DNA of 15,544 bases. Source: Promethearchaeota archaeon (GTDB lineage Archaea > Asgardarchaeota > Lokiarchaeia > Sigyniarchaeales > SOKP01). The position numbers were made by a program, and so were the translations under genes. The stretch spans positions 1-15,544 of the forward strand of contig RDOE01000074.1 in the NCBI GenBank assembly GCA_011364975.1. Direction: 5' to 3'. Positions 1-7,738 of the stretch are shown piece after piece; position 1 is the stretch's first letter; each line of letters starts with the position of its first letter. The notes under the pieces were generated by a model, which saw only the letters and a list, made by a program, of their open reading frames with translations, had not been told where the DNA came from and made no database searches.

Positions 1-108
1 ACAATGAAATAAGTCGGAAGAAATAATTTTACAAAAAAGTCTTTTAACGAAAAATGCAAGCTCCAATTTGGTCTTATGCTTAAAAAGAGAAAAAGAAGTA
101 TAATACAC

Positions 109-1221
109 ATGAGTGGGAAAACATTTCAAGATTTAATAAATGAAGTTCATTCTAAAGGAATTTGCCAAATGTGTGGGGGCTGTGTTAGTTTCTGTAGCTC
201 AGCAGAATATGGAGTAATAGGATTTAAAGATACAAATTCGCCCCCAGAATTCATTAATAAAGAAAATTGTTTAGAATGCGGAATATGTTATCAAATTTGC
301 CCTCAAACTCATGTTTTAGATGATAACCTAAATAAAAATTTTAACTTCTTGGAAGAAAGTTCCCTGTTATTAGGAAATTATATAGAAATGTACTCAAGTC
401 AAACGACTGATAAGGACTTTTTAAGGTTAGGGACTGATGGAGGGGTTGTAAATTCTCTAATCAATTTTTTGATAGAGAAAAAAGATATTGATGGGGCAAT
501 AGTAGCAAAGAGTAATGCCCCCTTTTCTCGAGAGGCCATATTTATAAATAATAGGGAATCCTTAATTGAGGCTTCAGGTTTGATGTTAGAGATATCACCA
601 CAGTCGGAAGGGATAAGCCAGTTTTGCACATATACGCAATCGCTTCCAAAACTAAGTCATTACAAATTTAAAAAGTTAGCAATTGTTGGAACACCTTGTC
701 AAATTTATACAATTAGATGTATGCAAGATTTGGGTGTAACACCATCAGAAAATGTAGAGATCTGTCTAGGACTATTTTGTTATGAAAATTTTATATTTGA
801 TAATAATAATAAGCACCAATTTGAAGAAAATTTTAACATTCAATTTCAAACCATTGAAAGGATAAACATTAAAGATTCTTTAATTGTTAAGTTAAAAGAT
901 AGCAATGGAGGGCATAAAGTCGTCAAAATTCCTTTCCATCACTTAAAAGAGTACGTACGACCAGCTTGTAATGCATGTAGCGACTTTACAAATATTTATG
1001 CGGATATTTCTTTTGGAGGGTTAGGTTCTAAAGATAAATTTACCACAGTAATCACTCGAACCGAAAAAGGTCAAAAATTATTCTTGAAAGCGTTAAACTC
1101 GGGAATTATAACCTCTGTTGATTTGGAGGAAGAAAAAAAGAATAACATAAAAGCTCTGGTCACTCAATTTGCGCAATCAAAAAAGAAGCGAAAAGAAAAT
1201 TATATTAATAATTTGAGGTAG
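109..1221 (+). CDS. frhB: Coenzyme F420 hydrogenase/dehydrogenase beta subunit family protein (FrhB/FdhB/FpoF-like) with N-terminal 2x[4Fe-4S] ferredoxin
   Basis: CQMCGGCVSFC and CLECGICYQICP ferredoxin motifs, then FrhB motifs GTDGGVVNSL, VGTPCQI, GLFCYENF and RPACNACSDF..ADISFGGLGS. ATG at 109 (MSGKTFQDL) is preferred over the ORF-caller start at 76 because KTFxDL is a typical family N-terminus. Confidence 0.88.
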   Translation: MSGKTFQDLINEVHSKGICQMCGGCVSFCSSAEYGVIGFKDTNSPPEFINKENCLECGICYQICPQTHVLDDNLNKNFNFLEESSLLLGNYIEMYSSQTTDKDFLRLGTDGGVVNSLINFLIEKKDIDGAIVAKSNAPFSREAIFINNRESLIEASGLMLEISPQSEGISQFCTYTQSLPKLSHYKFKKLAIVGTPCQIYTIRCMQDLGVTPSENVEICLGLFCYENFIFDNNNKHQFEENFNIQFQTIERINIKDSLIVKLKDSNGGHKVVKIPFHHLKEYVRPACNACSDFTNIYADISFGGLGSKDKFTTVITRTEKGQKLFLKALNSGIITSVDLEEEKKNNIKALVTQFAQSKKKRKENYINNLR

Positions 1222-1227
1222 GAATAG

Positions 1228-1467
1228 ATGAGTTATTTAAAAAATCCAAAAATAACGCGAAAACAAGGTAAGAAAACTAAGCATCAAAAGGAATTAGAGT
1301 CTTTACCGGTTATAAATCGCTTTAATGAGAACGTTATTTCTAATGAGAAAGATGTTCAGGAATTCGAAGACGAGATTAATAATGAGGAAATAAATTCGAC
1401 TATTCGAAAAATTTATGAACCAAATTTAAGAAATCTCTTAACAAGATGTTATGGGATTGGAAGATAA
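1228..1467 (+). pseudogene. Probable N-terminal fragment of the HdrC/HdrD-like Fe-S protein (split gene)
   Basis: Starts 6 nt after frhB, with GAGGTAGGA upstream. Ends LLTRCY|GIGR*, i.e. one Cys where a CxxCxxCxxxC ferredoxin motif would begin. Overlaps the next ORF by 17 nt in another frame. Confidence 0.55.
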
Positions 1468-2500
1468 TATTCTTAAAAGCGGTATATTATGGGATTGTAC
1501 CACTTGCAATACCTGTCTTCAAAATTGTCCAGAATTAGTTAGTTTTGCTGACCTTGTTCGTAATGCAAGATATAAAATGAGGAAACTATATAATCAAACA
1601 CCTCAAGATTTCTTTGCTCACGAGGGAATTTTTTTAACTATATCAGAAATAATGAGTAAGGAAGGCATAAAACCCACTAAAAATCTGGAATGGATTCCTG
1701 AAGGATGTGAAATCACTGATAAGGGAAAAATATTATATTTTATGGGGTGCATCCCTTTTTTCAATTTTGAATTTAGAGATTTAACTCCAATTGCAGCGGG
1801 TTCATTAAAGTTAATTCACAGTATTGAAAAAGAACCGATTGTAATTCTTAAAGATGAGATTTGTTGTGGTCATGATTTATACTGGGGCCATGGTAAACTT
1901 GAAACTTTTATTCGATTAGCAAGGAAAAATTTTGAGTTATTTAAAAATGCAGGAGTTTCTAATATTATAACTTCTTGTGCGGAATGTTATCGAACTTTAA
2001 AATTTGATTATCCCAAGATTTTTGATGATTTTGATGAAAAATTTAAAATTTCACATTTAATTGAATATGTTTACGAAAATTGGAAGCAAAACAAAATAAA
2101 GTTTAAAAGACCAAACGGAAATAATGGATTAATTCGGTTTAGTTATCACGATCCATGTAGGCTAAGTAGATTTTTACCAAGAGAAAATAAAATTTTAGAT
2201 AACTTACGAGAGATTTTCGACCATTTAAAGCAATATGGATATGAGTTTAACGAGATGGAACATAATAAACAAGACTCATTATGTTGTGGAGTAAGTTGTT
2301 GGATGAACTGTAATGAAAGCTCAAAAGCATTAAGGTACAAACGTTTATTAGAAGCAAAATCAGCAGGTAATATGTTAGTTAGCTCTTGTCCTAAGTGCTT
2401 AATCCATTTGTCTTGTGCTCAATCTGATTTTAATGATGTATCTACAATCGAGATTATAGACTTTGCTGAATTCTTAATAAATTCAATCGATTTTTTATAA
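1451..2500 (+). CDS. HdrD/GlcF-like (Fe-S)-binding protein: one 4Fe-4S motif plus two CCG domains, N-terminally truncated
   Basis: WDCTTCNTCLQNCP, first CCG domain (YFMGC...EICCGHD...TSCAECY) and second CCG domain (YHDPCRL...LCCG...SSCPKC). Only one of the two expected HdrC-type cluster motifs is present, and the frame is closed by TAA at 1439-1441. Confidence 0.85.
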   Translation: MGLEDNILKSGILWDCTTCNTCLQNCPELVSFADLVRNARYKMRKLYNQTPQDFFAHEGIFLTISEIMSKEGIKPTKNLEWIPEGCEITDKGKILYFMGCIPFFNFEFRDLTPIAAGSLKLIHSIEKEPIVILKDEICCGHDLYWGHGKLETFIRLARKNFELFKNAGVSNIITSCAECYRTLKFDYPKIFDDFDEKFKISHLIEYVYENWKQNKIKFKRPNGNNGLIRFSYHDPCRLSRFLPRENKILDNLREIFDHLKQYGYEFNEMEHNKQDSLCCGVSCWMNCNESSKALRYKRLLEAKSAGNMLVSSCPKCLIHLSCAQSDFNDVSTIEIIDFAEFLINSIDFL

Positions 2501-2529
2501 AGTCAGATAAAAAAGATAGGTAAAACAAG

Positions 2530-5500
2530 TTGGAAGGCTCAGTTCTTGTGGTAGGTGGTGGAGTTGCGGGTATCCAGACTTCTTTAGATTTAACAGAATT
2601 AGGGTTTAAGGTTTATCTAGTGGAGAGAACCCCATCAATTGGAGGACGGATGGCGCAATTAGATAAAACATTCCCAACATGTGATTGCTCACTATGTATT
2701 CTTGCCCCAAAGATGGTTGAAGTTTTCAGAAACCCCAATATTGAATTATTAACCTACCACGAAATTCGTAAGGTTATTGGAGACCCTGGAGGATTTACAG
2801 TGACTCTCCTCAAAAAGCCTCGTTATATAAATGAGAATAAATGTAAAGGATGTGGGGATTGTGCCACAAAATGTCCTAAAATTGAATTCCCTAATTATTT
2901 TGATATGAATTTATCAAAACGAAAATCAATATATATTCCATTTCCTCAAGCAGTTCCACCAATTTATTTAATTGATGCTGAAGTTTGTCTAAAACTGACG
3001 AGAGATGTATGTGGCGTATGCAGCAAGATTTGTAAAGCAGAGGCTATTGAATTCGATCAAAAACCCATGGAGTTTGACATAACAGTTGGAGCGATCGTAA
3101 TAGCAACGGGTTTTGATATGTTTGGTGAAGATTTATCTCCAAGATGGGGTTATCGATTCGAAAATGTAGTAAATGGTTTAGAGTATGAACGAATATTATG
3201 TGCATCCGGACCGTTTGGAGGACATGTTTTGCGACCAAGCGATCAAAAGGAACCAGAAATAATCGCCTTCATTCAATGTGCTGGTTCCAGGGATTTAAAT
3301 GAAAGAGTCCCTTATTGTTCAAGTGTTTGTTGTACATATATTGCCAAAGAAGCAATTATCACTAAGGAACATTCTGATAACTCTCAATGTTATGTATTTC
3401 GGCATGACCTTAGAGCGTACGGGAAAAATTTCTATGAGTTCACCCAACGAGCTCAAAACGAGTATGGAGTAAAATATATTCAAACAAAAATAAGCAGGAT
3501 AACTGAGGATTCCGAAACTAAAGATTTAATTATTCATTATGAAAACTTAAAGACAGGTGAGTTTGGTGATTTTAGAGCCAATTTGGTTGTTTTAGCTACA
3601 CCTTTAGTTCCTTCCAAAGGGACTAAGGATTTGGCCAAGATTTTGGATATTTCTCTTGATAAATATGATTTTTTTAAAGAAAGAACCTATTTTAACAAAT
3701 CACTCTCTTCTCGAGATGGCATCTTTTTATGTGGCTTTTGTCAAGGACCAATGGATATTCCAGAAACTGTTGCTGATGCAAGTGGAGTAGCTTCTCAAGT
3801 AGCTGTTCTATTGAATTCAGTAAAATATACTCAAATCGAAGAAAAGGTTTATGAACAACCAGAAAAAGAAGTAAAAATTTCGGATGTTCCAAGAATAGGT
3901 GTTTTAATTTGTCACTGTGGGATTAATATTGGAAAATATGTTGATATTCCAAAAATTGTTGATTATGTGAAAACCTTACCAAATGTTGTTCATTGTGAAA
4001 ATAATTTATACTCTTGTAGCTCAGATTCTCAAATAAGAATAAAGCAATTAATTAACGAGTTTAATTTAAATCGATTTATTGTAGCATCTTGTACTCCAAG
4101 AACTCACGAGGCTTTATTTCAGGAAACATGTCAAGAAGCAGGATTAAATAAATACCTATTTGAAATGGTTAATATACGGGATCAATGTTCCTGGGTTCAT
4201 ATGACTGAAATTGAAGCCGCAACCGAAAAAGTAAAAGATTTAATTCGAATGGCTGTCGCAAAAGCTAGGTTACTCCAATCTGAAAAAGAAGAAACCTTAA
4301 AAATAACACCCACAGCTTTAGTAATAGGTGGTGGGATTTCAGGAATAACAGCAGCCTTAAATATTGCTAACCAGGGATTTAAAGCGTTTCTAATTGAGAA
4401 AGAAGATCTTTTAGGAGGAAATTTGAATTATCTTAACATTTTATATCCAATTCAGCAGAAGGCTTCCCAATTTTTACAAGAAATAATAGAGAAAGTGCAG
4501 AATAATCGTAATATAACGATATTTTTAAATTCAAAAATTCAAACCATTCGAGGGTATTTAGGCAATTACGACGTCCAAATTGTGGATTTTAATAATAATC
4601 TCTCCGATTTAAAAATTGGTACAATAATTGTAGCGACAGGCGGCAGAGAACACAAGCCTTTTGGCGTTTTTCAATATGATGGTAAAAACGATACAATTAT
4701 GACCCAATTAGAATTAGAAAGTCGATTAAAAAATGAAGATAAAGAATGGTTAAAAGAGATTAGCAGAATCACAATGATTTTATGTGTTAATTCAAGGCAA
4801 AGGGAAGGAATTACATATTGTTCAAACATCTGCTGTGCAAATGCAATAAAAAATGTAGAACTTCTTAAAAAGATAAAATCTGACCTTGAAATAATTGTAC
4901 TTTACAGAGATATACAAATGGCAAAAAAAGAATTTGAAGATTATTATCGCGACCGAAGAAAAAGTGCCATATTTTTAAGATACGATTTAGAATATCTTCC
5001 AACTATAATAAAAAAAAAAAAGAAACCAGTTAAATATGAAATTCAGTTATTTGATTTAAATTTGAAAGAGACTGTTGAATTTGATACAGATTTAATTATC
5101 TTATCAACACCTATGGTCCCTTCAGAAAATCCAGAAGAATTGGCAAAGCTCCTTAAAGTTCCTTTAGAAAAAAGCGGTTTTTTTTTAGAAGCCCATGTAA
5201 AATTACGACCATTAGATTTTGCCACAGACGGAATATTTTTATGTGGATGTGCTCAATGGCCAAAAAATATTCAAGATTCTATATCCCAAGCAAATGGTGC
5301 TGCTGGAAGAGCTGGGAAGTTTTTAGGAGCAAAAGAAATAAAAACATCAGGGATAATTTCAGAAGTCATAGAAGAAAAATGTATTGGATGTGGAAAATGC
5401 GAAACTCTCTGTCCTTATAAAGCAGTAGAACTTATCGATATTATGATGGAATTTGAAGAAGTGAGTTTTATAATCAAGAAATCTTACATTAATCCCGCAT

Positions 5501-5619
5501 TATGCAAGGGATGTGGTACATGCGGAGCCAATTGCCCGGTAAGAGCAATTTCTGTAAAACATTACGACTTTGATCAAATTACAGCAATGATAGATACATA
5601 TTTATTAGAAAAAAGTTAA
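2530..5619 (+). CDS. hdrA: Heterodisulfide reductase subunit A family flavoprotein, tandem double-HdrA architecture (TTG start)
   Basis: Two FAD Rossmann motifs (VLVVGGGVAG; ALVIGGGISG), GGRMAQLDKTFPTCDCSLC, inserted ferredoxin (CKGCGDCATKCP; CGVCSKIC), CAGSRD...YCSSVCC, internal RIGVLICHCG/SCTPR/NIRDQCSWVH domain, YCSNICC, and C-terminal CIGCGKCETLCP and CKGCGTCGANCP. Confidence 0.95.
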   Translation: MEGSVLVVGGGVAGIQTSLDLTELGFKVYLVERTPSIGGRMAQLDKTFPTCDCSLCILAPKMVEVFRNPNIELLTYHEIRKVIGDPGGFTVTLLKKPRYINENKCKGCGDCATKCPKIEFPNYFDMNLSKRKSIYIPFPQAVPPIYLIDAEVCLKLTRDVCGVCSKICKAEAIEFDQKPMEFDITVGAIVIATGFDMFGEDLSPRWGYRFENVVNGLEYERILCASGPFGGHVLRPSDQKEPEIIAFIQCAGSRDLNERVPYCSSVCCTYIAKEAIITKEHSDNSQCYVFRHDLRAYGKNFYEFTQRAQNEYGVKYIQTKISRITEDSETKDLIIHYENLKTGEFGDFRANLVVLATPLVPSKGTKDLAKILDISLDKYDFFKERTYFNKSLSSRDGIFLCGFCQGPMDIPETVADASGVASQVAVLLNSVKYTQIEEKVYEQPEKEVKISDVPRIGVLICHCGINIGKYVDIPKIVDYVKTLPNVVHCENNLYSCSSDSQIRIKQLINEFNLNRFIVASCTPRTHEALFQETCQEAGLNKYLFEMVNIRDQCSWVHMTEIEAATEKVKDLIRMAVAKARLLQSEKEETLKITPTALVIGGGISGITAALNIANQGFKAFLIEKEDLLGGNLNYLNILYPIQQKASQFLQEIIEKVQNNRNITIFLNSKIQTIRGYLGNYDVQIVDFNNNLSDLKIGTIIVATGGREHKPFGVFQYDGKNDTIMTQLELESRLKNEDKEWLKEISRITMILCVNSRQREGITYCSNICCANAIKNVELLKKIKSDLEIIVLYRDIQMAKKEFEDYYRDRRKSAIFLRYDLEYLPTIIKKKKKPVKYEIQLFDLNLKETVEFDTDLIILSTPMVPSENPEELAKLLKVPLEKSGFFLEAHVKLRPLDFATDGIFLCGCAQWPKNIQDSISQANGAAGRAGKFLGAKEIKTSGIISEVIEEKCIGCGKCETLCPYKAVELIDIMMEFEEVSFIIKKSYINPALCKGCGTCGANCPVRAISVKHYDFDQITAMIDTYLLEKS

Positions 5620-5642
5620 AAAGAATCGTAATCGTAATTATA

Positions 5643-6080
5643 ATGTTAAAAAGCACACAAGAAAAGCATCAAAAGGTATTTACTCCGAAAATCTTAGTAT
5701 TTTGTTGTAATTGGTGTAGTTACGCTGGTGCAGACTTAGCAGGAGTTTCAAGATTTCAATATCCTCCTAATATTCGAATTATTAGAGTCATGTGTTCGGG
5801 GAGAGTAGCTCCTTCTTTTATATTAAAAGCCATTGAAGATGGTGCTGATGGTATTCTTGTAACGGGATGCCATATTGGAGATTGCCATTATATTTCAGGT
5901 AATGAAAATGCAAAAGAACTATTTGAGAGGTTATATAACGTAGTTATTAAACAATTAGGAATTAACGAAAAAAGGGTGAGACTAGAATGGGTTAGTGCTT
6001 CTGAGGGAAAAAGATTTGCAGAAGTAGTTACAGAATTTACTCGAGAAATAACGATTTTAGGACCCTTGAATGTTATCTAA
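5643..6080 (+). CDS. mvhD: Methyl-viologen-reducing hydrogenase delta subunit, [2Fe-2S] (MvhD/FlpD)
   Basis: FCCNWCSYAGAD, RIIRVMCSGRV, GADGILVTGCHIGDCHY and WVSASEG signature motifs; directly follows hdrA. Confidence 0.95.
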   Translation: MLKSTQEKHQKVFTPKILVFCCNWCSYAGADLAGVSRFQYPPNIRIIRVMCSGRVAPSFILKAIEDGADGILVTGCHIGDCHYISGNENAKELFERLYNVVIKQLGINEKRVRLEWVSASEGKRFAEVVTEFTREITILGPLNVI

Positions 6081-6086
6081 TTTTTT
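6081..6086 (+). terminator. Putative oligo(T) terminator of the frhB-hdr-mvhD operon
   Basis: T6 immediately after the mvhD stop codon. Archaeal termination often occurs at oligo(T), but such runs are common in AT-rich DNA. Confidence 0.35.
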
Positions 6087-6120
6087 ACTAGAATATTCAA
6101 TTTAAAAATAATTTCTCATT

Positions 6121-6134
6121 ACATTTTTTATAAA
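6121..6134 (+). promoter_or_regulatory. TATA box (TTTATAAA, 6127-6134) for a probably leaderless transcript of the 60-aa gene
   Basis: TTTATAAA lies 20-27 nt upstream of the ATG at 6154, and no SD motif is present. Confidence 0.5.
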
Positions 6135-6153
6135 TTTTTCATTACTAATTTAT

Positions 6154-6336
6154 ATGTCTGAGAGCGAGAAGAAAATAGAAGATTTTGTTCAGCAATTTAT
6201 GGCAGAAGAAGGCTTAAAAGGCAAGGCTCGTCGAATAAAGATTGCCAAAATTGTGAAAGAAGTAGGATTTGATAAGCAGAAAGTCAAAGTTGCCCTTCTT
6301 CGCTCAACTATAACAGAACGAATCAAGCATGAATAA
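6154..6336 (+). CDS. Small basic three-helix hypothetical protein (60 aa)
   Basis: ATG start, correctly spaced TATA box, and amphipathic helices separated by GLKG and GFD turns; fills the mvhD-serS gap. Confidence 0.75.
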   Translation: MSESEKKIEDFVQQFMAEEGLKGKARRIKIAKIVKEVGFDKQKVKVALLRSTITERIKHE

Positions 6337-6368
6337 GCATTTACTTTAAGCTGACAGACATGAATAAT

Positions 6369-6431
6369 TTTCATAAAATTTTAATGAAATTTAATATAAG
6401 TAATAAATTTAGGATATAATTTTTTAGAGGT
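6369..6431 (+). promoter_or_regulatory. serS promoter region: near-palindrome, TATA-like element and SD
   Basis: TTTCAT-AAAATTTTA-ATGAAA dyad (6369-6389) abuts TTTAATAT (6390-6397), and GAGGT (6427-6431) precedes the TTG start. Confidence 0.4.
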
Positions 6432-6438
6432 ACTATAA

Positions 6439-7734
6439 TTGCTTGATATAGAGTTATTTCGAACAAATCTTCAACAAATAATTGAATCCGAAAAAAAGCG
6501 GTTTAAGGATCCAGCAATTGCTCAGATGGTTTATGATCTTGATGTGGAGTATCGAACAATTACTACCGAATTACAACAATTAAGCTATGAGAAAAACAAA
6601 ATTAATGAAAATATTGGCAACTTAATGAAACAAGGTAAAAAACAAGAAGCAGATAAACTGAAAAAGGAAGCATCTGATTTAAGTGGAAAGATAACCCTAT
6701 TAAGTACAAAAGAGAAAACCGTTCTTGAGAAAAGAGAGGAGGATAGATATAGGGTGGGCAATTTATTACATGAGTCTGTTCCTTTAGGAGAAGGTGAAGA
6801 ATCTAATGAGATTATAAGAACTGTGGGAAAATTACCTACGTTTAATTTTTCTCCTCTTTCCCATGTGGATTTAATCACATTAATAGATGGCGCTGATACT
6901 AAAAAAGCATCTGAGTTAGTAGGGTCACGCTTTTATTACCTAAAGGGTGATATCGTCTCGTTGAACCTTGCCCTAATCCAATATGCATTATCGAAAATGA
7001 TTAACAAAGGGTTTACTCCCTTGTGGACTCCATTTTTCATTAAATATGACATTATTAAAGCTGCAGCTGAACTTGCAGATTTTGAAGAACAACTATATAA
7101 AATTCAAGATGAAGATTTGTTTATGATTGCTACCTCAGAACAATCATTAGCATCGTTCCATTATGATGAAATTATTGAACCAGAGCAATTACCCATTAAA
7201 TATGTGGGTGTATCTTCTTGCTTTAGAAGGGAAGCAGGATCTCATGGAAAAGACACTCTCGGCATTTTTAGAGTACATCAATTTGAGAAAGTGGAACAAT
7301 TTGTGTTCTGTTCTCCGGAAGATTCTTGGAATATATTTGAAGAATTAATTCAAAATGCGGAGGAGTTATACAAAGAATTGAAAATTCCATATAGAATAGT
7401 TAATATTGCTTCTGGTGAGTTAAACGATAACGCTGCAAAAAAGTATGATTTGGAAGCGTGGTTTCCTGGTTCTAAAACTTATAGAGAATTAGTTTCATGC
7501 AGTAATTGTACCGATTATCAAGCAAGGAAGTTAAAAGTAAGAATGGGAATCGTGGGATCTAATCAAAAAAAGCAAGTAGTTCATACCTTAAATTCCACCG
7601 CGGTAGCAACTGAGCGTACTATTTGTTGTATACTAGAAAATTATCAAAATAAAGATCACTCTGTTAAAATTCCAGAGGTTCTTCAAAAATATATGAATGG
7701 AAAAAAAGTTATTAACGCTATAAATCAGGAGTAA
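6439..7734 (+). CDS. serS: Serine--tRNA ligase (bacterial/eukaryotic type, class II; TTG start)
   Basis: MLDI start, N-terminal coiled-coil arm, ATSEQ, motif 2 CFRREAGSHGKDTLGIFRVHQFEKVEQF, KKYDLEAWFPG, ELVSCSNCTDYQAR and motif 3 HTLNSTAVATER..ILENYQ. Confidence 0.98.
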   Translation: MLDIELFRTNLQQIIESEKKRFKDPAIAQMVYDLDVEYRTITTELQQLSYEKNKINENIGNLMKQGKKQEADKLKKEASDLSGKITLLSTKEKTVLEKREEDRYRVGNLLHESVPLGEGEESNEIIRTVGKLPTFNFSPLSHVDLITLIDGADTKKASELVGSRFYYLKGDIVSLNLALIQYALSKMINKGFTPLWTPFFIKYDIIKAAAELADFEEQLYKIQDEDLFMIATSEQSLASFHYDEIIEPEQLPIKYVGVSSCFRREAGSHGKDTLGIFRVHQFEKVEQFVFCSPEDSWNIFEELIQNAEELYKELKIPYRIVNIASGELNDNAAKKYDLEAWFPGSKTYRELVSCSNCTDYQARKLKVRMGIVGSNQKKQVVHTLNSTAVATERTICCILENYQNKDHSVKIPEVLQKYMNGKKVINAINQE

Positions 7735-7738
7735 AAAG

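Noticed and set aside
3-26. Possible 3' end of an upstream gene (NEISRKK*)
   Set aside because: Only 7 codons are visible, too few to support.
76-108. Longer frhB start (MLKKRKRSIIH)
   Set aside because: The A-rich extension looks like translated upstream sequence; the ATG at 109 fits the family N-terminus.
1441-1467. Programmed +1 frameshift joining the two ORFs
   Set aside because: No slippery motif, and the fusion would still lack three Cys of the first cluster.
1449-1497. 11-bp direct repeat TTATGGGATTG (1449-1459 and 1487-1497) at the split-gene junction as a switch or target-site duplication
   Set aside because: Removing the 38-nt unit joins frame 1 to frame 3, which soon stops, rather than to frame 2. 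The spacer encodes plausible conserved protein (EDNILKSGILW). Probably coincidental.
2530-6153. Selenocysteine recoding or SECIS in hdrA/mvhD (known selenoprotein families in Lokiarchaeia and Methanococcales)
   Set aside because: No in-frame TGA; the Sec-equivalent positions are Cys codons (DCSLC, CNWC, GCH); no convincing SECIS downstream.
6359-6390. SECIS-like ATGA...AA...TGAA upstream of serS
   Set aside because: Spacing is too short for a SECIS stem and there is no adjacent UGA-containing gene.
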